Assembly: GCA_951406725.2 (NCBI GenBank)
Contig: OX597829.1
Span: forward strand, 806,001-870,000
Direction: 5' to 3'
Source of the DNA: Octopus vulgaris
Lineage: Eukaryota
Length of the DNA stretch: 64,000 nt
Shown one piece after another: positions 40,736-56,878 of this stretch (positions within the stretch are counted from its first letter, which is position 1; each line of letters starts with the position of its first letter). The position numbers and the translations under genes are program-made. The notes below the pieces were generated by a model. It was not told where the DNA came from, did not search any database, and saw nothing but the letters and a program-made list of their open reading frames with translations.

Positions 40736-40930
40736 GGCGGCGAGCTGGCAATATCGTTAGCACGTCGGGCGAAATCCTTAGCGGTCGTTCGTTCGCTGTT
40801 AGGTATTGTGTTCAAATTCGGCCGAGGTTGGCTTTGCTTTTCATTCTTCCGGGATCGATAAAATGAGTACCAGTTAATTAATCAACTTAATCCCTTCCCC
40901 CAAAATTTGATACCTTGTGCTTCCAATAGA
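40736..40930 (+). mobile_element. Diverged family A SINE
   Basis: GGCGGCGAGCTGGCAA..GTTCAAATTC..GATAAAATGAGTACCAG. Confidence 0.8.
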
Positions 40931-41054
40931 AAGGGCTTATCTAAGTTGAAAAAGTGTGACACGCTGCCATTCACATTTATTATATTAGATGTGTTTAACC
41001 CTAACCCTATTCAGTTAAAGTGTATTTTGTATGTGTGTATTTTCTGTGTTTACG

Positions 41055-41086
<32 letters not shown>

Positions 41087-41429
41087 CATAGATGTATATA
41101 TTACAGAAAGCAAAAATATAAAATATAAATAATAGTGTTCAGTATGTTGGAGACAGGAATTTCTGTCAAAGAGACATGGTTAAAGAAAGCTGTACATCAT
41201 CTCCCTTACCGACGCTTTCTCTTTCTCTTATTATTATTACTCCCACTGCCACCATCAACTCTCCCTGAATTTCTTTGTCTCTCTCTCTCTCTATCTCTGT
41301 CTTTGCCACCGCCCTCACCGTCTCTATGCCTGTTACTCTCACCACAGCTCGTGGAATAGTAGACGGGTCGTTGAATAGTGAGAGGGAGGATACACTGACG
41401 CACAGAAATTAGTTTACGCATTTATTGTA

Positions 41430-41469
<40 letters not shown>

Positions 41470-41472
<3 letters not shown>

Positions 41473-42012
41473 TACACACACACATACATACATACATACA
41501 TACATGCATGTATGCATGCATGCATACATACATACAGACAGACAGACATACAGACATACATACATACATACACACACACATACATAATACATACATACAT
41601 ACATGCATACATACATACATACATACATAGACACACACACATACATACAGACATACAGACATACATACATACATAATACATAATACATACATACATACAT
41701 ACATATATACATACATACATACAAACATACATCATACATACATACATGCATACATACATACATATATACATACATACATACATACATCCATACATGCATA
41801 CATGCATACATACATACATACATACATACATACATACAGACAGACAGACATACATACATACATACATTCATACATACAGACATACATACATAAACACACA
41901 CACATACATACATACAGACATACATACATACATAATACATACATACATACATACATATATACATACATACAAACATACATCATACATACATACATACATA
42001 CATACACGCATG

Positions 42013-42046
<34 letters not shown>

Positions 42047-42380
42047 TACATACATACATACATGCATACATACATACATACATACATTCATACATACATA
42101 CATACATACATGCATGCATACATACATACATACATACATACATACCTACATACATACATACATACATACATACATACAGACATACAGACATACAGACATA
42201 CATACATACATTCATACATACAGACATACATACATAGACACACACACATACATACATACATGCATACATACATACATACAGACAGACATACATACATACA
42301 TGCATACATACATACATACATACAGACATACATACAGACATACAGACATACATATGTGTGTGTGTGTGTGTACATACATA
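41470..42380. repeat. (CATA)n degenerate array
   Basis: Direct reading. Confidence 0.95.
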
Positions 42381-42630
42381 TGTGTGTGTAGAAACATATA
42401 AATAGGCACATAAATACAAATATATGTAGATACATGGGCATTCTTCCTGATTAGTATACGTGCATGTACACAGTAGATATACTGATAGATAGACTCACAG
42501 ACGTACAGCTAAATAAACAAACAAGCAACGAGAGAGATGAGTAGAGAGACGGACATCAGAAGAGACACGTTAGACGAGACGCTACCACTGGATATCTCTC
42601 TTTTTGTTTTCCTTTCCCTTCTTCGCGTCA

Positions 42631-42680
<50 letters not shown>

Positions 42681-42722
42681 CTCTCTCTTTTACTCTCTCT
42701 CTCTATCTCTCTCTCTTTCACC

Positions 42723-42753
<31 letters not shown>

Positions 42754-43048
42754 TCAACAATTCCCCCCCCCCTTACTGAAGGACCGATTCAATCTCAGCC
42801 GTTTCCAGCTCTTCTTTTGTCAGCTTTTGTGCCATTGTTATGATAATGGCTGATCCCATTATCTTCAACGATATTAGCTTTCACAAGAAACATAAGATTT
42901 ATGCCGCAAGGGCACTTTCTATGGTCAGTCAGTCTTAAAGGATAGAGAGAGAGAAAGCAAATTTTTCCTCTGTATAACACGTGCTTGGGGGAATGATTAT
43001 ATTTACGCCCGATCGTTGAGTGAGTGACACTGCGATGTGGCAAGATGC

Positions 43049-43256
<208 letters not shown>

Positions 43257-43317
43257 TAGATATATAAATTATATATACATATATATATATATGTATGTAT
43301 GTATATATATATACATA

Positions 43318-43355
<38 letters not shown>

Positions 43356-43374
43356 AGTGTTTGTATGTCTGTGT

Positions 43375-43959
<585 letters not shown>

Positions 43960-44368
43960 GTCTATATATATATATATTTAATCCGGTGTAGAATTCAATA
44001 TAGCATGTTTCAGGGTCAACTGCACTGCAACTTATATCAGAAACAGCTGTTAGTTCAAAAGATAATTATTTATTCCTCTGTCATATCTCTTTGTTCTTGT
44101 AGATATTTATATATTTTTTATTCTTTTACTTCTTTCATTTGAATGCGGTTATTCTTGAGAATCGACTCAAAAGGACTTCTCAGTCGAAGATTTATTCTTT
44201 GTAAGCATAATACGTATTCTATCATTTTTTTTTGCCGAACCGCTAAGTTATGGTTAGGTAAACATTCCAACATCGATTGTCAATCGATGGTGGCGACACA
44301 ATCACAGACGCAGAGACAGACAGACAGACACACATATAAATAAATAATAAAGATGTACAGATGCCAAT

Positions 44369-44443
44369 TCATTACGACCGTTTCAAGCGACTCCTTTAAT
44401 TAGTTAATAAAAACATTTGAAAGAAACCGTTCTCATCAGATGA
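44369..44443 (-). ncRNA. Canonical type I hammerhead ribozyme fold
   Basis: Minus strand TCAT-CTGATGA-GAACGGTTTCTTT..AAAGGAGTCGCTT-GAAAC-GGTC-GTA-ATGA; stem II 12/13 paired counting G-U. Confidence 0.8.
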
Positions 44444-44591
44444 CCGCTTAGACTTCAAACATAAAAGATACAGCCGTTTCCTTCACATATCCACATCCAT
44501 AATTGAACTCAGAATATTTTGAGCTCAATTATTGATTGGGTGAATATGTTAAGCAAATGGCTGTGCGGTCATCTGACGAGAAACGTTTCTG

Positions 44592-44768
<177 letters not shown>

Positions 44769-45042
44769 GCTTCCACAATGGTCATCTACTAAATCCACTT
44801 ACACAGTACTGGTTGTACCCTGTTTATAAAAGACAAATGCTCAAGATGTCATACGGCAGAACTAGTCAGGAAACCATGAAGTCGTGAACTGAACCTTTTA
44901 ACCTCACAAACAGCGTCTATAAGAGTGGTTCTCAACTATATTTAAATCTATGGACCCCCTCGATTACTATTCTGTTCTGGTTATTATTCTATTCGATTAG
45001 TATTCTATTCGATGTTTAAAAACTAGTTTTATAAATACCTCT

Positions 45043-45206
45043 GAGTGGCTGTGTGGTAAGTAGCTAGCTAACCAACCACATGGTTCCGAGTTCAGTCCCA
45101 CTGCATGGCACATTGGGCAACTGTCTTCTACTATAGCCACAGGCCGACCAAAGCCTTGTGAGTGGATTTCGTAGACGGAAACTGAAAGAAGCCCGTTGTA
45201 TATATG

Positions 45207-45251
<45 letters not shown>

Positions 45252-45446
45252 AATATCGCTTGACAACTGATGCTGGTGTGTTTACCTCCCCGTCACTTAG
45301 CGGTTCGGCAAAAGAGACCGATAGAATAAGTACTAGGCTTACAAAGAATAAGTCCTGGGGTCGATTTGCTCGACTAAAGGCGGTGCTTCAGCATGGCCAC
45401 AGTCACGTGACTAAAACAAGTAAAAGAGTAAAAGAGTAAAAGAGTA
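45043..45446 (+). mobile_element. CORE-type SINE family B, full length
   Basis: A box TGGCTGTGTGG, B box GAGTTCAGTCCC, CORE-like TTGGGCAA, (AAAAGAGT)3 tail. Confidence 0.92.
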
Positions 45447-45858
45447 ATTCCTATTTTGCTTTCCACACAATGACTTGTAAAACACTTGAGAAAGAAAGCT
45501 AGCTGTATCTAAACATCTGTATCTAAACTTTTCCCGTGGTCCTTTATATACTTCTACAAGTCACCAATTTACTATTTTGCTTGTGTGTGGACCCCGCCGA
45601 ACCATTGGCCTATGTAAACATATACATTTTCAGAGAAGAAACATTATATATTACAATGAAAACAAGACCATAATCTTTCGACGGAAGGATAAGATGATTT
45701 TTAGCGAGCTGATAGCAGTACATTCTTGGCCCCTGGAGGTTTTCCTGTCGACGATGATGGTCATCCATTTGAAAGTTGGAATTGAGAGGAAAAGAAACAG
45801 AAGGTGTACAAAATGTTGTCTAGCTCTCCTCGAACCGTTCCTGCCATCATCAACTTAC

Positions 45859-45874
45859 CATGACAAGGCAGCTG
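45859..45874 (-). other. Candidate 16-nt microexon ending in ATG
   Basis: Polypyrimidine tract, TTTACAG|CAGCTGCCTTGTCATG|GTAAGT. Confidence 0.4.
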
Positions 45875-46130
45875 CTGTAAACACAAGAAAAATGAATAAA
45901 AAGAAAAAGATTTTTACAGTGAAATATTTAACACTTCGCCTCTTCACAGCAAAATGGAGTCCTTTTATATTTATCCACTTTTTCTTTCCATTTTACTTTG
46001 TTGCTCTTCAAGTAGATGTCAAACACGGAACAATCACAAAAGTGAATATATTTGTTTTCGTTAGTCACAGTAGTAATTTATTCTTTTATATGTATGTAAC
46101 AGTGTGCGCGTGTATATACATTTATGCATG

Positions 46131-46182
<52 letters not shown>

Positions 46183-46232
46183 ATATATATATATATATGA
46201 GTATGTGTGAGTGTGTGTGTGTGTGTGTGTGA

Positions 46233-46263
<31 letters not shown>

Positions 46264-46575
46264 TGGAGGCGCAATGGTCCAGTGGTTAGGGCAGCGGACT
46301 CACAGTTGTAGGATCGCGGTTTCGATTCCCAGACCGGGCGTTGTGAGTGCTTATTGAGCTAAAACACCTAAAGCTCCACGAGGCTCCGGCAGGGGGTGGT
46401 GCCGATCCCTGCTGTACTCTTTCGCCACAACTTTCTCGCGCTCTTTCTTCTGTCGGCCTGCTCGCTTAGCCAGCGGGATAGCGTCACTTGCAGACCAAAA
46501 CAATGCAAAGCGCATTGTGATCAGCGATGTGTAGCAACATCTGATAGCCTGGTCGGTCAAGGTGTTCACGGTGAT
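46264..46575 (+). mobile_element. tRNA-derived SINE, family D
   Basis: GGAGGCGCAATGGTCCAGTGGTTAGG..GGTTTCGATTCCC; homolog of the 6141 copy. Confidence 0.9.
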
Positions 46576-46576
46576 A

Positions 46577-46621
<45 letters not shown>

Positions 46622-46827
46622 GTGTATGTATGTTTAAACACATATGAGATGGCCATAACAGGACATCTGACCCGCTAAAATGAGTAGTTAAACTTCAAAC
46701 CACAATTAGCGGTAAATTCGAAAGGGAATGAAAAATAAAACATTTACCCTCTATTTCCTATACCATGGTTTCAAGCTATCTTCAGTAAATAAAATAATTT
46801 ACTTGTGTGTATATACATATTCACACA

Positions 46828-46936
<109 letters not shown>

Positions 46937-47239
46937 TACATGTATGTGTATATCTACGTGAACGTGTATCTACGAACAATGTACTTAGATACATAAAGTA
47001 TGTGTGTATATGTGCGTGTGTGTTTCTGCGTGTGCGTACGTGTTCGCGCGTATATGTGTGTGTGTGTTGGGGGGGTGTTAAAAAAGTAGAATATTTCTAT
47101 CAAGCAGTAACGTGATGTAGCAGAGTTAAGTTGTAAGATTGTGAGGTCTTGTTATTTTTTTTTTTTTCGAAAATTGTGTACAGGTTGTAGAGATAATCTT
47201 TTGCTTTACGCTCGCTTTTAAAAGCAGCCAGTTCTTTAG

Positions 47240-47550
47240 CTATTCTGAGTTTGAGGAATGATCTCAAACGGTCTAGAATAATGATCATGTATATAGGTGA
47301 AAGACAACAATTCGTGAGCACTGAGAGAAAGCAAAAACTCTTCTACTATGGTCATATTCAAAGAAATAGAAATTTGGGAAACATTATCATGGAAAGAAGA
47401 ATAGAGTGCAGTAGATCAAGAGGAAGGCAGACCACGCAGCGGATGGACAATTTCAAGAGCTGATTGGACAAGAATGCAAGGCAGCTGGAGAACTCGCGCT
47501 TAATTGCGAAGACTTACATTGCGGGGTCATCAATGCGATACATGACAATG
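47240..47550 (+). mobile_element. Old RTE-clade LINE 3' fragment
   Basis: KQKLFYYGHIQR..IIMERRIECSRSRGRQ..MDNFKS. Confidence 0.7.
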
Positions 47551-48838
47551 AATATAATGATTCGAAGTAATAATACCAAATAAGGAAAATCATTATGCCA
47601 ATATTATTAACACACGCACTGGTTCAATTCCACTTCTTTATTACTAGTCAGTTGGTTAAATAGCCAGCTAACATATCTGTTGCTTGATTAACTTGGTTAA
47701 ACAGTCAGTCAGAGTTGTTTTCCATTTTTTCTTTGAAAACTCTTTCGTTGTTGCTTGTGACCTTTCCAGTGATTTACCTCGTAGGCCGTTATGGAAATTC
47801 TAGTAACAACAATAATTATGATGCTTTCAAAATCAGGTATTGGCCCGCATGGCTTCTGCTCTTAACTGATTGGAAGTGTTATCATGTATATTGTTTCGTC
47901 TTGGTATAAAAGATGGACTAACATCAAATATTCTGCTCCATACCACAGATTTGCTTGTCAGTTATCTGACCTTGACCAGTTGAGCATGTCTCTTAATGGA
48001 TGACAATATTGTTTCTCCCTGTTTTTTGGGGGGTTTTTTAGGGTTGCATACTCGTTCAGACCGCAACAATTACGGGCTGTGCTTTTATTTCACAATGTCC
48101 CAGAGAATTCTGTTACGTCACAATGTTACGCTAAGATATTCTCAAAATTTGGCGGGATTGATGAGCTTCAATGGTGAGCGGTGAAAAATGCTGAGGATAT
48201 TGGTTTGAAGTTGTGTAATAGCTAATTCACAGATTGACCATAACACTTTGACAATATCCCTTAGTGGCCGACAATATGTGCATCCCTGATCACGAGCAGG
48301 AGTAGTGGGGAACATCAAGCTATGCGTTGAGAGGGATTCTTTAGGACTTGAATATTTCTCCTCTCAAAACATGGGTGTTTCGTTCATTCTCCATCAACGA
48401 CCCTCATTCGGGGAATATCATCAATTTTCTCAATATATAAAGTTGAGTATCATCAGCTTTCTCTACTCCTTGTCGAAGTGCATTATTCTGAAGGAAAGTT
48501 TCGAGTTTCAATTCCTCATTACAATGAAACTATTGAGAATTCTATTAATTATTGGTTAGATTTAATGGTTACATATTAATTCAATCTGTTATTTGTTTTG
48601 TGGTTCAGGGTTTAACACAAGTTTAATGCCGCCAGATCATCCAACCATAAAAGCTAAATTGACAAGTAGTGAGGGCATTCTTTAAATTGTCAACTACTCA
48701 AAACCAATGTTGTCACACACAACACACACACACACACACGAATGTATGTAAATGTGTGAATGTTGTATGTACGTACATATATACATATATGTAAATATGT
48801 AGGTGTATGTGCGCAGGTGTGTATGAATGTATGTCTGA

Positions 48839-48914
<76 letters not shown>

Positions 48915-49107
48915 AAATAAGAAGGTTAACAGCAGGCTGTTTACCTCATACGAAGGAATTAGAAATGGCAAGAGGTTAACCTTCTTATTTTTTCTTTACT
49001 ATATATGAATACAAAGGTCTTGACAATTAATTTGTCGTATTTACATACCGAAATTTACCGGTAAATAATTGTTGGTTACATGATAAACCACAGGAAAATT
49101 ATTTACC

Positions 49108-49167
<60 letters not shown>

Positions 49168-49172
49168 CACAT

Positions 49173-49206
<34 letters not shown>

Positions 49207-49648
49207 ATACATACACATGTGTATGTACATATACATCTAAAAGTGAGTAACAAAGAAACCCATCTATATTTTATTCCGCTATCCTGGAATCTACGTTTCA
49301 TAAATATTACTGACATTTTTTTTAATGTCAAGTATGTGTGAATAGCTAAGAGCGGATTACTTCACTCAGCTGGGTCTAGTTATCTGCATAGACTGCAAGA
49401 ATATCATGTGGCCGGCACTTATGCACCAAGTCTTAATATTCACTGAATATTGTTGAGTATGCATGTTACGCAGACCTAACAAGGTACCTCAATTCAAGTA
49501 CCTAATTCAAATGACTCTTAATTGTATACATACATACAAACATACATACATAGATACATACATACATATATGTATACATACATACATACATGCATACATA
49601 CATACGTACATATATAATCAAAATAAGCAACAAGGATATCCAAGGTAG

Positions 49649-49736
49649 TGTAGTACAATCGTTTCATGCTACTTCATTTTATTAAACACTGTAAGTATTA
49701 CATCAGTTTTAAAATGCAGAGCACTCTTCAGTCACA
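49649..49736 (-). ncRNA. Type I hammerhead fold with imperfect stem I
   Basis: Minus strand TGTGA-CTGAAGA-GTGCT..AGCAT-GAAAC-GATT-GTA-CTACA. Confidence 0.65.
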
Positions 49737-49890
49737 TATAGAATTCTTTAATTAAACGGACAATGCACATTTTTATACTTATCAGCCCATTTGATTTATA
49801 TGGATAATACCATACAAAATTCTGGCTCGTTTAACTTAAGTACCATATTCATCTGAATCTAAATTTTGCTGAACTTATATATATACGCGT

Positions 49891-49943
<53 letters not shown>

Positions 49944-50059
49944 TACAAACATACAAGCAAGCAGACAGACTAACAGACAGACATATAAACACATAAGTCT
50001 ACGAGCAATATTATGACTTAATTCCTAGGTATATTTAGCATTTTGTTTTAACAATATAA

Positions 50060-51302
<1,243 letters not shown>

Positions 51303-51878
51303 GGTTTTCCTAAAGTAGCATTGATTATTCAACTCTTTTTACATATAGAATCATTCCCCCACCCGCCTTTTTTTGTTTTCTTTCTCTTTTGGGTTTTTTC
51401 TCTATAAATGTTTCTTCGAAGACGGAGAAAGAACTGATATAGGAGAGGAAGAAAAATTCGAATTGAAACAAAGGTAGAAATCAATAAAAAGAAATAGGAA
51501 AAAAATGTAAGATACATTTTCCTTCATGTTAGTATGTATATAAGACACCACTCAAGCCTTTTCCATCACACATGCAATTTTTGTTTCCATCAACTTATAT
51601 TATTGTTCTCGTTCTTTCTTTCTTTCTTTTTTTATTTTTCTTTTCTTTATTTTTCAGATCGTCGTCAAAAACATAGAAAGAACAACGGCAAATAAATAAA
51701 TAAATAAAATAAAAGGAGCAAAAGACACCCACTTATCTTTTGCTGCCCACTTTACCATAATCAGGGAGATCACGTGACGAGCAGAAGAAACAGAATGAAG
51801 TAAAATATCCGAAGAGGGTAAATAAGAACGAAAAATGTTAATAACTAAAATTTAAGAGTAGAAGGCGGCAGCAGTAGC

Positions 51879-51884
<6 letters not shown>

Positions 51885-51962
<78 letters not shown>

Positions 51963-51969
51963 GGTGGTT

Positions 51970-52013
<44 letters not shown>

Positions 52014-52030
52014 GGTGGTGGTGGTGGTAG

Positions 52031-52065
<35 letters not shown>

Positions 52066-52069
52066 GGTT

Positions 52070-52102
<33 letters not shown>

Positions 52103-52165
52103 ATAGTAGTGGTGGTGGTGGTGGTGGTGGTAGTAATAGTAGTAGTAGTAGTAGTAGTGGTATAT
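51885..52165. repeat. (TAT)/(TAG)/(TGG) microsatellite
   Basis: Direct reading. Confidence 0.95.
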
Positions 52166-52486
52166 AGTATATTCCCCACCTCCATTCGTATAATATACTC
52201 ACCGTTTTTCTCTTTTTCCTGATTTTTTCCGTTTTTCTTCTTTTTGTTTCCTTTTACACTTTTCTTCTTCTGTTTTCTCTGAATAAGAATAAGAAGAACT
52301 CTGTGTCATGTTTGTTTACATTTACTTAAGAGCCTACAATGAACTTGTCAATTTCTGGGCAGTCCGTCAACTGTACCTCTCATCATCACCGCCGAAATCT
52401 GAAAGTGGTAACGACGACGACGACGACGATGATGATGGTGATGATGATGATGAGAAAGGATGATGATGAGGGTGATAATAATAATG

Positions 52487-52587
<101 letters not shown>

Positions 52588-52620
52588 GATGATGATGATG
52601 ATGATGGTAAGAATGATGAT

Positions 52621-53002
52621 AAGTTTTTACTTTATTGGCCAGAAGGGCTGAACACAAACCAAAAAGCGACAATACAAGACAAGGGATAAAACTATGTGAA
52701 CACAATAAAAAGAATAACAACAATAAAAATTCAACAATAAAATTCCCCAAAAGAAGGAAGTTCCTCGTAGGGTCAGCCAAGGAACCCCACACGATCTAGT
52801 CACCCCGATCGCAAAGGGCTCCTCAGGCAGGCACCTCTCTTCTTCTCAACCCTTTGGTCTTACAAGCATATTCTCAGAGTAGGCCCATTCACAGGAGCCA
52901 TCCTCGCCACCTTCACACACCTTTCAACAAAACCCCTGGGAGCAGTACTCCCCACCCCTTCCACCGTCACTTTCATTTTCAAGTGCAACTTGAACCCTTT
53001 CT
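52621..53002 (-). mobile_element. Second Tx1/L1-like LINE 3' fragment (diverged relative of 28389)
   Basis: FKLHLKMKVTVE..VKVARMAPVNGPTLRICL* aligns with FKYHLKRKVRVE..VNVARMARMNDEATLSIIL*; same CAGCCCT..TGGCCAATAAAG end. Confidence 0.75.
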
Positions 53003-53234
53003 ACTTTAGGCACAGGGCTTGGAATTTTGTGGGTGGTGGTAAGTCGATAACATCGACCTCACTGCTCGACTGCTTATTTCATCAACTCCGAAAGGATGAA
53101 GAATAAAGTCGACCTCAGCGGAATTTGAACTCTGAACGTAATAATAACAATATTATCTTTTAAGGGTCCATATACAGAAAATGGGTCATAAAAAAAAAGA
53201 AGTTACAAAACTTGTAATGATGTACATTTACATT

Positions 53235-53235
<1 letters not shown>

Positions 53236-53309
<74 letters not shown>

Positions 53310-53343
53310 GTATGTGTGTGTGTGTGTGTGTGTATGTGTGTGT

Positions 53344-53396
<53 letters not shown>

Positions 53397-53405
53397 TGTG
53401 TGTGT

Positions 53406-53452
<47 letters not shown>

Positions 53453-53472
53453 TGTGTGTGTGTGTGAGTGTA

Positions 53473-53505
<33 letters not shown>
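53236..53505. repeat. (TG)n
   Basis: Direct reading. Confidence 0.98.
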
Positions 53506-53509
<4 letters not shown>

Positions 53510-53868
53510 GGTACGACTGAAACATATATGTAGGTTCTTTTCTTATGTGTTTATCTTAATCTTTTTTCTTTTGAACTTTCAATTTCCAATCAATGAATAT
53601 ATTTATGCTTTTCAAAAACAAAAAAAAAAAAACGAAAAACAAAAACCTCATCTTTTTATAACGAGCAAATAAATCAATAATTAGATTCATTTATTCTCCA
53701 TTTTCTCCTTGTTTTCCCACAATAGTGGAAATTTCAATAATCACGATCACATACCATTGATTTTGCCATTATGTGTTAAGGATTCAACCAGTGAAATATC
53801 CTGGATTATACAATCCCTAATGAGGATACAACTTCATCGAATTAACTATATATATATATAAGCCCATC

Positions 53869-53938
<70 letters not shown>

Positions 53939-54209
53939 CTCAAAGAAATTACAACTTTGTTTTTTAAGTTTTATTTATATTCTTTATAATATTAATGTAG
54001 AATATAGAATATATAAATATATAGTGTAAATAGTATATATAGTAAAATGAAATGAAGTATTGATTGTCTTATTGAATAGATGAAATGTTGAATATCAAAT
54101 ATTAGGGGATTAGTATATTTTCATGCGTTATAGCAGTCTTCAAGGTCACAGGTTATGACAGGAGTGTCACAACCAGGGACCTTGAAGACTATCTATCTAT
54201 CAGTCACCA

Positions 54210-54411
54210 TGATAGATCGTTACCCTCTACACATTTTTTCTCCTTTTTCTCTCTCTTTTTTTCTCTCCTTGTTTTTTCTGTGTCCCTTTCTGTAGTAGAG
54301 CGTAGGCTCGAAACGTAAAAGACTTTTTCTATTCCTGAGCGTTATACTAATACATCTGTTTGTTTTGTACACCACCTGTCTTCGTCTTTTTTTTTTTTTT
54401 TCGTAAACACC

Positions 54412-54415
<4 letters not shown>
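54210..54415 (+). mobile_element. Hammerhead-like short element, copy 4 of 4
   Basis: Motif 54285-54322, core CTGTAGTA. Confidence 0.8.
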
Positions 54416-54452
<37 letters not shown>

Positions 54453-54595
54453 GTATACATTCACAAATGCTTTACTGAATACATAACGTGCACGCACTGC
54501 ACCGATTGCACCGCCGTCAATACTTTCGAGATCCAAACGAGTTGCAGGATCAGAGTTAGAAATAAGAATAGACAATAACAACAGATGAATTGTAG

Positions 54596-54680
54596 TTCAC
54601 TACAGCTGTCTTAAAGTGTTTATTTGTGTTGATTAACACAATTGTTACATCATGAAAAAAAAACGTTTTCATCAGATGAA
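54596..54680 (-). ncRNA. Decayed type I hammerhead
   Basis: Minus strand TTCAT-CTGATGA-..-AAGAC (in place of GAAAC)-AGCT-GTA-GTGAA. Confidence 0.5.
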
Positions 54681-54844
54681 TATAGGTAAGAATTAACAAT
54701 TAAACTTCTCTGACTGAATTTGGGTCGGCAGGGTCGCCTGGCACTGTGCTTTTTATATATACATATATATTTATATATATATATACATATATATACACAC
54801 ACATACACACACACACACACACAAACATATATATATATATATAT

Positions 54845-56113
54845 ATAACACCCTAATGGGGGCCTTTTAGTCATTTCTTTTATGATCCAAAACTAGATCA
54901 AAAGTACTGAATGGATCTTTATGAAATTTGGAAATTATATTCTATGCATAAGGGCCATAAGCCCCATGAAAATTCATATCGTTTTCCTGTTGATGAAATT
55001 TTAACCATAGATATTAGACACAAATGAAATAATATTTATAAAATTTCATCTTCTTATAAGTTAGAAAGACCCCTCCATGGGGACTTAACACCCACAATTT
55101 TGTCATTTTATCTAAGCAAAAACTAATACTGTTGTGCTCTTGTAAGCTGTAGGGTTACCCGAGCATAAAAGACGAGCAGTATTTGTAATTCAATGGCACA
55201 ACAGTGTAACAGTTTGCTTTGACATACACTTACATTGTGATTTCTGCAATGTGGTGCATAAATTGTCAAGTAAATGAGAGGCATCTTTGCCTCCACTGAT
55301 TCAGTTGCAAAGTGTTGAGTAAAGTTATTTGATTGCAGACTTCCTTTCAGTCTTTTTTATTATCACAGGGTCACACATAGTCCCCAGATGGTAACATTGA
55401 TTTCAAGGCCTTCCCAGATGAGTGACTGGTTATTCAAAGACATTTATGGATTGTAAATTTATTTTGTCCAGTTACGTATCAGTATAGTGGTCTATTTGCA
55501 AACTCCAGAGGTGACACTCTCATTTCTCCTTAGCCCTCACGTCGCACAGTCGTTAATGTTGATTTCAGTTGGGTCACGCTCTTCCAATTGCTATACATTC
55601 GTAATTCATCTTACAGCTGTGCCTGTCACCTGTATGCTGACTGTTTATTGTGAACATTCGTCTTTCGGTTTCCTGTAGCTTTGCTCTCTTTTACAAACCC
55701 AGTGAATATATATTTCCTATTTCAAAGAAATTCAAACAATAGATATAAGACACAAGTTAAAAAGATTCTCAACAATTCAACTTCTCTGCTTGACATTAAG
55801 CCCACCCCCCCCCAAACAGGGGCATTAACTCTCACATTTTAGAGCTCCATGACCTTCATTTTTCAGGAGCAAAATCCTTTTAACAGGTTCAATAAGACTG
55901 GAATTTTGGAATATACGCATAAAAATCCCTAGTATGGGATACATGTGGCACGATTACAATTTTTTTAAGGATGTGTAAAGAGGGAAATAACCCTCATCTG
56001 CAATTTTGATGAAATTCGAAACATAGATGTTCCAGTTCATTAGAGAAAATATAACAGAAAAGTCTAATTCTTCAATTGCATGTAACACGAGCAACACCGG
56101 GTATTTCTGCTAG
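54845..56113 (+). mobile_element. Probable old Helitron (5' boundary uncertain)
   Basis: 3' end ACACGAGCAACACCGGG..CTGCTAG|T matches the 34058 end. Confidence 0.55.
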
Positions 56114-56115
56114 TA

Positions 56116-56241
<126 letters not shown>

Positions 56242-56557
56242 AACACACACACACACACATGCTCTCTCTCACTTTCTCCCCATTCAACATCCTCTTGTAC
56301 TGTCTTATATTCCTCCCCACCACTACACACTCAATAACACTATAAAATGGTCAAAATTTTTCACACAGGAACTTAGTTCGATTTGAAAAATCCACCAGGA
56401 TGGACGAAAGCGCTAATATATGATATATGATATCATAAGTTATATGATGTATTAAAACATGTAATATACAAATAAATATCTGTAAATATAAAACCATCCA
56501 AATTTCTGAGTACCTCATTTCTTCTAATATGTAATGTACATCATCTCCAAACCTCCT

Positions 56558-56602
<45 letters not shown>

Positions 56603-56653
56603 GCATAGACAAATTTTTACTCTTTCCACTGAAATATAACGCTGTTTCTCAAC

Positions 56654-56878
56654 TAATGATTCTCAACCAGGGTCCGTATGACACTTGGGAGTCCATTTAA
56701 GATTTCTGTTGTTAAAATTTACGTGCAATAAACTGGTCATATTCCTACGATACACAAAGTATTTAAACATATTTTCATACGATCCCTAATAATTTAACCC
56801 ATTTACCCAACCCGTGTAAAACAGAAATCAAAGGGGTCCATAGGTATAAAAAAAACCCAGAATGTTTGAGAATCACTG
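56654..56878. mobile_element. hAT-like MITE
   Basis: Imperfect TIRs TAATGATTCTCAAC / TTTGAGAATCACTG; internal GGGTCC motifs. Confidence 0.6.

Noticed and set aside
43990-44060. Opposed GAAAC-NNNN motifs
   Set aside because: No CUGANGA partner found
46264-46340. tRNA gene
   Set aside because: A and B boxes continue into a multi-copy SINE body with no proper cloverleaf; the same holds for the other SINE heads
47830-48420. Interspersed repeat recalled from cephalopod genomes
   Set aside because: No second full copy or diagnostic termini in the window
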